A stretch of 53,091 bases of DNA. Origin: Candidatus Bathyarchaeia archaeon (lineage in GTDB: Archaea > Thermoproteota > Bathyarchaeia > Bathyarchaeales > DTEX01). Positions 20,639 to 31,061 of this stretch are shown in pieces (positions within the stretch are counted from its first letter, which is position 1; each line of letters opens with the position of its first letter). The stretch is from assembly GCA_038820405.1 (NCBI GenBank), contig JAWAXL010000003.1, forward strand, positions 1 to 53,091, given 5' to 3'. The notes under the pieces are model-generated. The model worked only from the letters and a program-made list of their open reading frames with translations. It searched no databases and was not told where the DNA came from. The position numbers and the translations under genes are program-made.

Positions 20639-21925
20639 TTGCCAGGAAGAATATTTAAGCTGAGTGAAATACGAGAAAACTTCTTAAGAGATAGGTGGCC
20701 AAGAAAGAGGGGCCTATATGATGAAATACTAGATTATGTCGAGAAGATAATTAGGGATGTTAGGGAGCAAGGGGACAGAGCCCTAATAGAGCTTACTGAA
20801 AAATTTGATGGAGTTAAGTTAAATATTAATAGGATTAAAGTTACACCGGAAGAGATTGAGGAAGCCTATAACAAAGTTAGCGAGGAGCAGATATCAGCCA
20901 TAGAGGCTGCAAAGAGGAGGATTTATGTATTTGAGAAAGACCTCCTCTCAAAAATGAGCTTTGAGTATATTGATGATCTTGGCGTTAAAATGCAGTTGAA
21001 GCCGTGGCCTATTGAGAGTATCGGCTGCTATGTGCCCGGTGGAAGGTTCCCATATCCGAGTACACTCCTAATGACCACAGTTCCAGCCAAAACCGCTGGA
21101 GTCTCAAGAGTTATTGTTTGTACACCCCCACTAAAAACTGGCGAGGTACACCCATTAATACTTGTGACAGCTGACATAGGTGGGGTAGATGAAATTTATA
21201 GGGTTGGGGGAGCCCAGGCAATAGCTGCAATGGCATATGGGACAGAGAGTATTAAGCCAGTTAAAAAGATTGTTGGTCCAGGAAATCGATATGTTGCGGC
21301 TGCCAAATTGCTTGTTTCCCGGGATACCCCAATAGACCATCCGGCTGGTCCGAGTGAGATAATGGTTTTAGCTGATGAGACTGCCAACCCGCATCACATA
21401 GCGCTAGATTTAGTCTCTCAGCTAGAGCATGAATTTGGGAGCATATCTGTTTTGGTCACCACATCGATGGATTTAGCTAAGCGTGTATATGAGGATGTAG
21501 TGTGTATGATCGATGCTCAGTTGGATGAATGTGCATGGCTACTAATAGCGGATGATCTAGACGAGGCTATAGATTTCATAAATAGTTTTGCTCCAGAACA
21601 TTTAGAAATAATTGCCAAGGATTCTTATGAAATATCTTCTAGAATATATTCAGCTGGGTTAATATTGATAGGAGATTCAACACCAGTTTCAATAAGCGAT
21701 TACTGCTTAGGAATAAGCCATGTAATCCCAACAGGAGGTTACGGTCATGTATATCAGCCCCTTTCGGTCTTAGATTTCATCAAGTTCATATGCATCGCTG
21801 AGTGTCCCACAGAAGCCTTAAGGAAGCTGTCAGATGCTGCGATAACCTTGGCTGAGAGTGAGGGACTGACTAAACACGCCCTTGCCATAAGCAGGAGGGT
21901 TAGTGATTGGCTGGAAAGAAGATAA
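20639..21925 (+). CDS. hisD: Histidinol dehydrogenase
   Basis: YVPGG, GGAQAIAAMAYGT, GPGNRYV, AGPSE, APEHL. Confidence 0.95.
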   Translation: MPGRIFKLSEIRENFLRDRWPRKRGLYDEILDYVEKIIRDVREQGDRALIELTEKFDGVKLNINRIKVTPEEIEEAYNKVSEEQISAIEAAKRRIYVFEKDLLSKMSFEYIDDLGVKMQLKPWPIESIGCYVPGGRFPYPSTLLMTTVPAKTAGVSRVIVCTPPLKTGEVHPLILVTADIGGVDEIYRVGGAQAIAAMAYGTESIKPVKKIVGPGNRYVAAAKLLVSRDTPIDHPAGPSEIMVLADETANPHHIALDLVSQLEHEFGSISVLVTTSMDLAKRVYEDVVCMIDAQLDECAWLLIADDLDEAIDFINSFAPEHLEIIAKDSYEISSRIYSAGLILIGDSTPVSISDYCLGISHVIPTGGYGHVYQPLSVLDFIKFICIAECPTEALRKLSDAAITLAESEGLTKHALAISRRVSDWLERR

Positions 21926-23025
21926 TTGAAGAAATAATCGATAAAGCACTAAGCCTAAGTACATATGATGTCGGCGAGACCATTAAGGGACTAGCCTCAA
22001 AGCTCGGGAAAGATCCCACCGAAATACTAAAACTTAACTCAAATGAGAACTTCTTTATACCTCTTCACCTTTTAAGGGAGGTTCTAAGATGTGTCATTGA
22101 GGAAACAGACCCTAGAATTTACCCTAGAGATGAATATAAAGAATTGAAGAAGGCTATAAGTGAACTTATTGATGCCCCAGAGGAGTGTATAGTTATCGGC
22201 GCTGGAAGCGACCAGCTGATAGAGCTCATATCAAGAATATTTCTTAGAGATGGTGACGAGGCTCTATCAATAGAGCCCACATTTTCCATTTACGAACGAT
22301 GCGTCAGATCTCAGGGAGCCGCTTATAAAAGTATACCGCTGAGAGATGATTTCTCCTTAAACGTTAACTCGATGTTATCTGCGGTGACATCAAGAACAAA
22401 AATAATATTTCTATGCTCACCAAACAATCCCACAGCCAACCAATTAAAGCGGGAAGACATACTGCACCTTACTGAGGAGTTTGAGGGGCTGGTGGCCATA
22501 GACGAAACATATGCTGACTTCTCCGGGACAACCCTCATCGATGCTGCCAAGGATCTTGACAACCTAATAATTTTTAGAACGTTCTCTAAAACGTTTGGCT
22601 TAGCTGGTTTAAGAGTTGGCTACTTTGTCGCCAATAGAAGACTTGCCAGAACCATTGATAAGAGGTTTCAGATGCCATATCCAGTTTCGGCTATTGCGCT
22701 TAGAGTTGCCATTAAGATGCTTGAGAAGTGGGGTGAGATAACGGATACCATTAATGCTGTTAGAAGTGAGAGGAGGAGACTTATAGCATCACTAAATAAT
22801 ATTATTGGTGTGAGGACCTTTCCTTCAGAGACAAATTTTGTGTTATTCCAAGCGAATGAAAACTCATTAGCGATTTATGAAAGCCTCCTTAGAAGGGGAA
22901 TTATTATAAGGAATATTGGTAAAGTACTAAAGTTCGATAACTGTTTGAGAGTCACTGTTGCCCCAAGGGATATGATGGAGCGCTTCATAGGGGAGCTTAG
23001 GGATGTCATGTATAAAGGAGCCTAA
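21907..23025 (+). CDS. hisC: Histidinol-phosphate aminotransferase
   Basis: KLNSNEN, CSPNNPT, DETY, RTFSKTFGLAGLRVG. Confidence 0.95.
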   Translation: MAGKKIIEEIIDKALSLSTYDVGETIKGLASKLGKDPTEILKLNSNENFFIPLHLLREVLRCVIEETDPRIYPRDEYKELKKAISELIDAPEECIVIGAGSDQLIELISRIFLRDGDEALSIEPTFSIYERCVRSQGAAYKSIPLRDDFSLNVNSMLSAVTSRTKIIFLCSPNNPTANQLKREDILHLTEEFEGLVAIDETYADFSGTTLIDAAKDLDNLIIFRTFSKTFGLAGLRVGYFVANRRLARTIDKRFQMPYPVSAIALRVAIKMLEKWGEITDTINAVRSERRRLIASLNNIIGVRTFPSETNFVLFQANENSLAIYESLLRRGIIIRNIGKVLKFDNCLRVTVAPRDMMERFIGELRDVMYKGA

Positions 23026-24214
23026 AGGGTATATTAAAATGAGCCTTAATTCTGGGGATGCATATATTAAGGAGAGCAGACTGAAGGATATCAATAAAAT
23101 AGATGCCGTGATATTTGATTGCGATGGAGTTCTAATAGATGTTAGGGAATCATATGATAAAGCGATAGCGAAGGCAACGGCATGGATATTTGAGAGACTT
23201 ACAGGTTATAAGATTCCGGAAGATCTAATCACGAGCGAAATAATATTTCTTTTTAGGAAAAGTGGGGGATTCAACAATGACTACGATATAGTCTACGGTT
23301 TACTAATGTTTCTGTTATCTGAGATGCCGCCTAAATTTCTTGAAGAGCTAACAACAATAATCAGATCTCTTAATAGCAAGAGTGGTGTTTCCGAAAGAAT
23401 ACAAGCAGTAGCTGGGAAAGTATATGTTAAGGACGTAAATATCGATAACCTATATACTAAGCTTGAAAAATTAACATCCATGCTTGATCACACTGGGGTG
23501 GCCTCCATCGATAGAATAATACTCTCCTCAAAAGGCATTTCAGAAGAAACCTACAATACGCTAAAGAATTTTCTCTATGGGTCTAGGAGAGTTGATAAGG
23601 GAATTATAACTGCGGTTTTTGAAGAAATATTTTGTGGTTCAGATCTCTTCAAAAAGATACATAATATTGAACCTGAAATCTTTCATGAACGCGGAACAAT
23701 TGAGAATAGTAGGGTCATAGTTAGGTATGAAACCCTCAATAAATTGTCTTCGCTTATTAGTGGACCTAGGTTCGGAATAGCTTCAGGGAGCAGATTCGCC
23801 GCAATAAAATATATTCTAGGAGGACTTCTAGACCTCTTTAATACAAGGGCGCTCATTTTCTTAGACAATATAGAGGAGGTTGAGAGAGAATACTTGAGCA
23901 GAGGCTTCATTAAGATCAGCCTTATTAAGCCCAATCCATATTCACTGCTTAGGTCTGCATGGAGTCTAGAGCCCTTTAGAATGGCACTTTACGTGGGTGA
24001 TTCGATCGAGGATGCGTTGACAACAGACAGGGCTAATAGAATTGATCCAAGATTTATGTTTTCCGGAGTATACGCTTATACGGGTGCTGAAGATAAGGCT
24101 TTGAGGGAATTCCTTAAATTCGGCTGTGATATTATCTCCCCATCTGTTAATGAAATTCCATTAATTATCGAGACTACTAGGAGGCGGTACTTTGAGAGAG
24201 GCGGAGCACTATAG
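23003..24214 (+). CDS. HAD-superfamily hydrolase, candidate histidinol-phosphatase
   Basis: FDCDGVLIDV, GGFNNDYD, KPNP, YVGDSIED; overlaps both hisC and hisB. Confidence 0.75.
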   Translation: MSCIKEPKGYIKMSLNSGDAYIKESRLKDINKIDAVIFDCDGVLIDVRESYDKAIAKATAWIFERLTGYKIPEDLITSEIIFLFRKSGGFNNDYDIVYGLLMFLLSEMPPKFLEELTTIIRSLNSKSGVSERIQAVAGKVYVKDVNIDNLYTKLEKLTSMLDHTGVASIDRIILSSKGISEETYNTLKNFLYGSRRVDKGIITAVFEEIFCGSDLFKKIHNIEPEIFHERGTIENSRVIVRYETLNKLSSLISGPRFGIASGSRFAAIKYILGGLLDLFNTRALIFLDNIEEVEREYLSRGFIKISLIKPNPYSLLRSAWSLEPFRMALYVGDSIEDALTTDRANRIDPRFMFSGVYAYTGAEDKALREFLKFGCDIISPSVNEIPLIIETTRRRYFERGGAL

Positions 24215-24767
24215 AAAAACCGCTGAGACAGAGGTTAAGGTTAGGGTTAAACTCGATGGCACTGGTGCCTCAAATGTTAGGACTGGAGTATCCTTCCTGG
24301 ATCACATGCTCAGATCCTTGGCAACCCACAGCTTAATTGACTTATCTGTTGAGGCTAGAGGGGACTTAAGTCATCACATAATTGAGGACGTAGCAATATG
24401 TCTAGGAGAGACGCTGAGGAGGGCTCTTGGAGACGCTACTAGCATAAGGAGGTTTGGATATGCAATTGTTCCAATGGACTGTTCATTAGCCTTTGCGACA
24501 GTAGATATCTCCAATAGACCCTACCCGAAGATTGACTTAAAGCTTGAGGGTAAAAATGTGGAGGACATGCCATGTGAGGATATATACCATTTCCTAGAAA
24601 CTTTAGCAAACTCTCTCAGAGCAAACATCCATATTTGGATTCAGTATGGATTAAATGACCACCATAAAGTTGAGGCAGCCTTCAAGGCTCTTGCCCTATC
24701 CCTCAGGCAAGCATTTTCGATAGATATTGGGAGGACTGGTGTGCCGAGCTCAAAAAGTGTCTTATAG
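24192..24767 (+). CDS. hisB: Imidazoleglycerol-phosphate dehydratase
   Basis: FLDHML, HHIIED, NDHHKVEAAFKA. Confidence 0.96.
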   Translation: MREAEHYRKTAETEVKVRVKLDGTGASNVRTGVSFLDHMLRSLATHSLIDLSVEARGDLSHHIIEDVAICLGETLRRALGDATSIRRFGYAIVPMDCSLAFATVDISNRPYPKIDLKLEGKNVEDMPCEDIYHFLETLANSLRANIHIWIQYGLNDHHKVEAAFKALALSLRQAFSIDIGRTGVPSSKSVL

Positions 24768-24779
24768 ACTTAAGATTAG

Positions 24780-25508
24780 GTGTTAAACTTGCTCGTCATA
24801 CCATCAGTAGATCTTTTCTGTGGTAAGGTTGCCAGGCTCTTGCGTGGTGATCCCAAATACGCAAGATTCTACGAGCATCTCGGAAACCCTGTAGCCGTTG
24901 CTAAGATATGGGAGTCCGAGGGTGTAAATCTAATTCATATAGTCGATCTTGATGCTGCTCTTGGCAAGGAGGATAACATTAGAATTATAAGTGAGATAAT
25001 TCGTGCCCTAAATGTTCCAGTACAGGTTGGCGGCGGCATTAGAAGTGTTCAGAAAGCACGACAGATAATCAACTTAGGAGCCAGAAGGATCGTTATCGGC
25101 TCAATGGCTTTCAAGGACCCAAGAGCTCTCGAGACCCTCTTAGAAGAAGTGGGATCAGATAGAATTGTAATTGCCTTGGATCACTTAGGAGGAGTCGTCA
25201 TGATTGATGGTTGGAGGGAGGGGACGGGAATGGATCTCAAGGAGTCTATGAAGAGGTTTATTAATATTGGGGCAAGGTTCTTTTTGGTGACATCAGTTCA
25301 GCGTGATGGGACGTTAGCTGGGCCAGATATAGAGAACCTCTCCAGAATCCTTGATCTAGGCGCTAATATAATTGCATCTGGCGGGATTAGAAGCCTAGAT
25401 GACATAATATCCTTAAGGGATCTTGGTCTCTATGGAGTTATTATCGGAAGGGCATTATATGAGGGGCGTATAAGCCTAAAGGAAGCTTTAAAAGTTACAT
25501 CTAAATGA
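24780..25508 (+). CDS. hisA: ProFAR isomerase
   Basis: IPSVDL, HIVDLDAA, QVGGGIRS, RDGTLAGPD, IASGGI. Confidence 0.94.
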   Translation: MLNLLVIPSVDLFCGKVARLLRGDPKYARFYEHLGNPVAVAKIWESEGVNLIHIVDLDAALGKEDNIRIISEIIRALNVPVQVGGGIRSVQKARQIINLGARRIVIGSMAFKDPRALETLLEEVGSDRIVIALDHLGGVVMIDGWREGTGMDLKESMKRFINIGARFFLVTSVQRDGTLAGPDIENLSRILDLGANIIASGGIRSLDDIISLRDLGLYGVIIGRALYEGRISLKEALKVTSK

Positions 25509-25533
25509 GATATTACTTTGTGGTGCCCCCAAT

Positions 25534-26335
25534 ATGACTAAATTTAAGCCTATAATACCATGCTTGGATGTTGATCACGGCAGGGTGGTTAAGGGCATAA
25601 ATTTTGTGGATCTTAGGGATGCGGGTGATCCGGTTGAGCTAGCTAGGCGGTATCAGGACGATGGAGCTAATGAGCTAGTCTTTCCAAATATAACTGCATC
25701 GATAGAAAAGAGAAACATATTAATAAATGTTGTTAGGACTCTTGCATCAGAGATAAATATACCCTTCACCGTTGGAGGCGGTATAAGAAGCTTAGAGGAT
25801 GCCGAGACAGTTATATCCAGCGGTGCGGATAAAGTCTCAATCGGCACAGCAGCCTTTAAAAAGCCGGAACTCATTATGGAACTTGCTAAGACGTTCGGCT
25901 CAGAACATGTAGTCTTAGCTATAGATGCCAAGAGGAGATGTGAGCATAAATCAGATAGGAACATTATTGAAGGATCCGAAGGGTCATACCGGTTTGAAGT
26001 ATATATCTATGGTGGACGCAAGCCCACTGGAGTGGATGCTATTGAGTGGGCCACCAAATGTGAGGAGCGCGGCGCTGGAGAGATTCTGTTAACATCAATA
26101 GATAGAAATGGAACTGAACTTGGGTACGACATTGAATTGACTAGAAGCGTATCTGAACACGTCAATATACCAGTAATCGCGAGTGGTGGAGCTGGTAAAC
26201 CAGAACATTTCCTAGAGGCTTTAACAATAGGTAAGGCTGATGGAGCCCTAGCAGCATCAGTCTTCCACTACAATAAATATCCTACCCATCATCAAAAAGT
26301 ACCTTTATGAGAGAGGTGCACCCATTAGACTATGA
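25534..26335 (+). pseudogene. hisF: Imidazole glycerol phosphate synthase cyclase subunit with a frameshifted C-terminus (ORF as read stops at 26310)
   Basis: IPCLDV, VKGINF, AIDAK, IASGGAG; native tail IIKKYLYERGAPIRL* is in a shifted frame and ends in an ATGA overlap with hisI. Confidence 0.75.
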
Positions 26336-26691
26336 AGATCCTAAAGAGCGTAAGTATAGACGAGCTGAATTTTGAGAAGGGTGGGGGCATACTTCCAGTT
26401 GTCGTTCAGGAGGAGGGCACTAAAAAAGTTCTAACGCTCGCCTATGTAAATAAGGAGGCCCTCCAAAAGACAATTGAGACCAGATATGCCCACTATTATA
26501 GGCGTTCTTATGGAAGGGTTATGATGAAGGGCGAAACATCTGGAAACGTTCAGGAGGTTATAGGCATATTCGTTGACTGTGACTTGGACGCAGTGTTATA
26601 TATTGTTAGGTCTAGGGGTCCGGCCTGTCACTTAGGCAAAGAAACATGCTTCCATAATAGGTTAAAGGAGACTGAGAGTCTCAAGAAATAG
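26332..26691 (+). CDS. hisI: Phosphoribosyl-AMP cyclohydrolase
   Basis: KGETSGN, DCDLD, GPACHLGKETCF. Confidence 0.95.
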   Translation: MKILKSVSIDELNFEKGGGILPVVVQEEGTKKVLTLAYVNKEALQKTIETRYAHYYRRSYGRVMMKGETSGNVQEVIGIFVDCDLDAVLYIVRSRGPACHLGKETCFHNRLKETESLKK

Positions 26692-26727
26692 TGGCTCTAT
26701 CCTTTTTAAGGGGCTTTCGCCTCCACT

Positions 26728-27675
26728 TTACTCACGTCTTCCCCTAATTAAATTCACTATTTTACAGAAGTGGCATGGCACATCCCTTAATGATGTGGGC
26801 ATTCCACAGATTGGGCAGTCATATATTTCCGCTTCTCCCTGACCCTGATCCTTAAGGGCCTTCTCCAGCAGTGGCAGAATTCTCTTATAGTGAGAACTTA
26901 TAAATGTATGCTTAAAGTTTGGTATCTTTTCCACTATCATGTTCAGTAGCTCCTTCCTTTTAATTGACCTAGATCCTTTCGAAAATTGACAACCAATAGT
27001 CCTTACAGGCAGATTTCTATACTCTGTATAGAAACCACATTCCATATCAGTTAAGCCTATTAATGGCTTTATCTTCGGAACTATTTTCTGGTGTGTTTTT
27101 GGTAAATATGGCTTCAGCCTAACGAGGGATTTAACGTTTCCCTCGATATAGAAGTTGAATATTGCCTCAATAGTATCATCTAGGTTATGTCCAGTAGCTA
27201 TCTTTGTTAGTCCAAGATCATATGCTATTTTGTTGAATAGATAGCGCTTAATCGCTCCACATGCTGAACATGGCTTCCTACCATAAATTGTGCCTTTAAC
27301 ATCTCCTATAGTGAAACCCAGTTCCTTCTCTAAGCTATAGACAAAGACCTCCCTTCCAAGAATCTTGGCAAGGGCTTCGACCTTCTCCAAACAGTATTTA
27401 GAGTACTCTGGCACACCAAGATCAATATATATCAGAGTCATGTTCAACTTCTCATAGAGATTATTCAAAATATATGCTAAGCTTGAGCTATCCTTCCCAC
27501 CAGAGACTGCTATGCCAATTCTATCATCCTTTGAAATCATCCTATATGTCTCAACTGTGCGTCTCACCTTCCTCTCCGTTAAAAGCATGAAGCAGTCTGG
27601 GCATAAGCTTAGATTAGAGTGGGTCAAGTAGACCTCGACTCTATTTATGCCACATCTTCTACACTTTGGCGCCAT
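26728..27675 (-). CDS. TtuA/Ncs6-family tRNA 2-thiolation protein
   Basis: N-terminal CxxC, SGGKDS, CSAC, TGHNLDD, C-terminal CPIC...CHFC. Confidence 0.9.
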   Translation of the reverse strand: MAPKCRRCGINRVEVYLTHSNLSLCPDCFMLLTERKVRRTVETYRMISKDDRIGIAVSGGKDSSSLAYILNNLYEKLNMTLIYIDLGVPEYSKYCLEKVEALAKILGREVFVYSLEKELGFTIGDVKGTIYGRKPCSACGAIKRYLFNKIAYDLGLTKIATGHNLDDTIEAIFNFYIEGNVKSLVRLKPYLPKTHQKIVPKIKPLIGLTDMECGFYTEYRNLPVRTIGCQFSKGSRSIKRKELLNMIVEKIPNFKHTFISSHYKRILPLLEKALKDQGQGEAEIYDCPICGMPTSLRDVPCHFCKIVNLIRGRRE

Positions 27676-27921
27676 TTAAAGACCCTTAAGGTACCTTCAA
27701 TCAACTAAAATTATAGTGGCTATTAACTATCTATACTTTTTGTAACGACATTTTCTTCAGAAGAATAAAATATTTTGGAAATAATCAGGTTTAAGGGTGG
27801 GTCTAAATACTTGGGTGCGCGATTTAAGTTGAGTGGAATTTTAGAGATAGGAAGTAAAGCGCTCCTAAAAGAGGAGTGTACGAAAGGCTGGCATTTCAAA
27901 GGTAGATTAAAGAGTCTCCTT

Positions 27922-28734
27922 ATGGATGAGATATACAAAAAGGAGATTGGTGAAATCGAAAAATATCTAGTAAAGTTCGGCCTTTCAAAGAATGAAGCCA
28001 GAGTGTATATTTTCCTCGTCAAATGTGGGGCCAGAAAAGCTAGTGAGATCTCATCCCTTCTATCACTTAATAGAACTGAAACATATAAGATCCTCATAAA
28101 CTTACAAAAAGTGGATCTTGTGTCGGTTATTCTTGGGAGACCATTAAGGTTTGCAGCTCTCCCCCTCGAAGATTCGCTTAACCTGCCCATAAAATCAAGG
28201 AAATTAACTATAAGAATGCTAGAGGAAGAGAGTGAAAAGATAATTGGGATTTGGCGTAGTTTACCCACTATTAATGTCTTCCCAATTAAGAAAGATTTCT
28301 TCCAGATTCTCGAGGGGTATGAAAATGTAATCTTAAAGGCTAAGGATATCATTGAGGGTTCTAGTAAGAATTTATGTGCTGCTTTCACAATTGAGAGCCA
28401 TTTATATAAGTTCTATTATGCCGGGTTATTCGATTCGATGGAGAAGGTTGCGGGGAGGGGTGTTAAGGTGATGTTTATAGCCGCGGCTCCTCCAGGAGCT
28501 TTCTTTTTAAGAGATCTAAGAAAATGTAGTACTAAGTGTGTCAGATACGGAAACGATGAACTACTATCTTTCATAACATCTGATGATGAAATGCTACTCC
28601 TCTTCCTCGAACCTAAATTTAGTGGTGATGGAGAATCAGGTAAACCAGTCACCCTTTATACAAACTATGCAGTCCTAGTAAAAGCCTTCAATAAAGTGTT
28701 TTGGAGCGCCTGGGAAGAAATAATAGAGAAATAG
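27922..28734 (+). CDS. TrmB-family transcriptional regulator; start re-picked to MDEIY
   Basis: FGLSKNEARVYIFL...ASEIS...RTETYKILINLQK...RPLRFAA. Confidence 0.85.
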   Translation: MDEIYKKEIGEIEKYLVKFGLSKNEARVYIFLVKCGARKASEISSLLSLNRTETYKILINLQKVDLVSVILGRPLRFAALPLEDSLNLPIKSRKLTIRMLEEESEKIIGIWRSLPTINVFPIKKDFFQILEGYENVILKAKDIIEGSSKNLCAAFTIESHLYKFYYAGLFDSMEKVAGRGVKVMFIAAAPPGAFFLRDLRKCSTKCVRYGNDELLSFITSDDEMLLLFLEPKFSGDGESGKPVTLYTNYAVLVKAFNKVFWSAWEEIIEK

Positions 28735-28821
28735 CAAGATAAGAATAAACACACAGAGTAATAAAGTTATTTTTCTAGTAATAGAAGTTTGACGCAGCAG
28801 AAAAGTTATAGTCAAATATAG

Positions 28822-28856
28822 TGTGTAACCGCTGACATATTTTTCTCGGTTACACA
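28822..28856. promoter_or_regulatory. Perfect 10-bp inverted repeat, operator candidate
   Basis: TGTGTAACCG-N15-CGGTTACACA upstream of the wHTH pseudogene. Confidence 0.55.
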
Positions 28857-28899
28857 AGTTTCATAATCCATAAGATTAAGATATAAATTGGTGTACGCA

Positions 28900-29155
28900 A
28901 TGACCAGAAGAAGATCAAAGCTTGAATTGTATTTAGAGGTTTTGAAAGCAATAAGTAAGGGGATCACTAAGCCAACGAATATAATGTATAGATGTAACTT
29001 ATCATAGGCAAATTCAAGAGAGATTTTAAAGTCACTTCTTAAGCATAATCTTATTAGCGTTATTGAAGAGAATGGACGAAAATAATAAGTTAACGGAGAG
29101 GGGTTATGAGGTTCTAGAACATTTCAATAGGGCTTCAGATGCTCCTTGTAATTGA
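28900..29155 (+). pseudogene. Small archaeal winged-HTH regulator with nonsense codon and frameshift
   Basis: MTRRRSKLELYLEVLKAI...KPTNIMYRCNLS*(TAG 29005-29007)ANSREIL..., then shifted KLTERGYEVL. Confidence 0.8.
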
Positions 29156-29183
29156 GGAAAGGAGGAGAGGCGTCACATAAAGG

Positions 29184-30194
29184 TTATATAATTCTAATCC
29201 TCCTTCCAACACCTTTCTCTAGCGCCTTTTTATAGGCAAGATTAGCAGTTACTGCATCTTGTATTGCGAGGCCAGTTGAGGTAAAAACTGTTATTTCCTC
29301 CTCGCTCACTCTACCCTCCTTCTTTCCAGCAACTATCTCTCCCAGCTCCGCCCAAATGTCTCTTTTAGAAATGATCCCCATGCTTAAAGGCACATTTATC
29401 TCTCCACTATGTGCTGCCTGCTCCAAATCATCGACAACGATCTTAGCTCTCTTAAGAATATGTGGATCCAGCTCCTCCTTGCCAGGAGCATCAGCACCTA
29501 TACAATTGAAGTGCATTCCAGAGGAAACCCACTCGTCCATGACTATAGGCGCCCTAGATGGCGTTGCAGTAACAATTATGTCAGATCCCCTAACAGCATC
29601 CTCAGCTCTCTCAATAACCTTTATCCTGCAGATATGACCATACCTCGCATCCATCTCTTCTTTGAATGCTTTCTTGTTCTTCTCATTTATATCATGTACT
29701 TTAACTTCATCAAGTGACTTGAAGACTTCTATAAGGGCTGCTAGCTGTAGTTTAGCTTGAGCCCCAGCTCCAATGATCCCCACGCTTTTTGATCCTTTTC
29801 TGGCGAGATACTTAGCGGCTATCCCACCAGCAGCGCCAGTTCGCATACCTGTAATTGTTGTCCCTCCCATAATTGCCTCCGGGAAGCCACTTCTAGGATC
29901 TATCAGGACTATAATTCCCATAACTGTTGGTAGACCATATTTCTCCCTATTCTCTGAGTGAGAATTCACTATTTTGACGGCTGCCACATCTATTGTCTCT
30001 ATGTATGATGGCATGGCTCTTAGATCCCCGTTATACTTGTCAAAGAATAAATATATTTTCGGAGGCATCTGAACCCGTTTAAACCCCTTTTCCCTGAAAG
30101 CGAATTCAACAGCCTCTATAACATCGCTCATAGAAAGCAAACTTTTAACCTCATCATCACTAAGAGCCAGCGTCTCGAACATCACCAACACCAA
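29184..30194 (-). CDS. ala: Archaeal alanine dehydrogenase (ornithine cyclodeaminase/mu-crystallin family)
   Basis: MPPKIYL, GDLRAMP, RTGAAGG, GAGAQA, GADAPGKEE, STGLAIQD. Confidence 0.85.
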   Translation of the reverse strand: MVLVMFETLALSDDEVKSLLSMSDVIEAVEFAFREKGFKRVQMPPKIYLFFDKYNGDLRAMPSYIETIDVAAVKIVNSHSENREKYGLPTVMGIIVLIDPRSGFPEAIMGGTTITGMRTGAAGGIAAKYLARKGSKSVGIIGAGAQAKLQLAALIEVFKSLDEVKVHDINEKNKKAFKEEMDARYGHICRIKVIERAEDAVRGSDIIVTATPSRAPIVMDEWVSSGMHFNCIGADAPGKEELDPHILKRAKIVVDDLEQAAHSGEINVPLSMGIISKRDIWAELGEIVAGKKEGRVSEEEITVFTSTGLAIQDAVTANLAYKKALEKGVGRRIRII

Positions 30195-30353
30195 GTAACC
30201 GTTTGGATTCTGAGCCTTAAAATCACATTATTTATGCTAAATTGCTTTTTAATGTTTGTCCCATTTACGGTTACTCTACTAAGCATCCAATGAACTTTAT
30301 GGCACCATAGTAAATTTTATTAAGTGAACTATAATGGAAGTTAAAGGGGGTTA

Positions 30354-31061
30354 ATGATTAATTTGAGGGTAAGAATCTGCACTCCTATCCCTGCTAGAGA
30401 TTTTTATGGTGTCATTAACATGATTCATGAGGCTGAGGCATGTGGAGCTGACCTAGTTGAAGCTCGGTTAGATTATATAGGTGAGTATTTCTTAGAAAAC
30501 ATTAACCGCCTTAAGGATATTGTTAAAGCCTCTCAGGTTCCAATAATAGCAACTAACAGACATAGAGGGCAGGGTGGCATATGCATGTTAAGTGAGGAGC
30601 ACAGAGTTGAGTTGCTTCTTAAGGCAGCTGAGGCTGGCTTCACATACGTGGACATAGAATTAGACACGCAAAACCTTCCTGAAGTCGTCAATAGAGCCAA
30701 AGATTACGGTGCCAAAGTAATAGTTTCCCATCATATCTTCTCCCACACACCCTCAACAGAGGAGCTAGAGGCAACTGTTAGGAAAGAGGTTGAATCTGGC
30801 GCCGATATATGTAAGGTTATTACTATGGCGAATAGCTTTGCAGATAGCATTAAATGCCTAATGTTTACATATAAGATGAGTAGAGGTGTTGATTTAGTTT
30901 GCTTCGCTATGGGCGGTAAGGGCATATTATCGAGGGTTTTATCCCCAGTTTTCGGGGCATCCTTCACATACGCATCACTTAAAGTGGGCTTTGAGACCGC
31001 CCCAGGCCAGATAACTATTCATGAGATGAGAGAAATTTATAGGGGACTGAGATTGGAGTGA
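30354..31061 (+). CDS. aroD: Type I 3-dehydroquinate dehydratase
   Basis: EARLDY, ATNR, VDIEL, VSHH, FAMG...SR, TAPGQ. Confidence 0.93.
   Translation: MINLRVRICTPIPARDFYGVINMIHEAEACGADLVEARLDYIGEYFLENINRLKDIVKASQVPIIATNRHRGQGGICMLSEEHRVELLLKAAEAGFTYVDIELDTQNLPEVVNRAKDYGAKVIVSHHIFSHTPSTEELEATVRKEVESGADICKVITMANSFADSIKCLMFTYKMSRGVDLVCFAMGGKGILSRVLSPVFGASFTYASLKVGFETAPGQITIHEMREIYRGLRLE

Noticed and set aside
27723-28388. 221-aa minus-strand ORF
   Set aside because: Antisense to trmB with no motifs, like the many other shadow ORFs in the track.
29005-29007. In-frame TAG in the wHTH gene as a possible pyrrolysine/readthrough codon
   Set aside because: The same gene also has a frameshift, TAG is one change from the expected TGG, and TAG is used as a normal stop elsewhere in the window.
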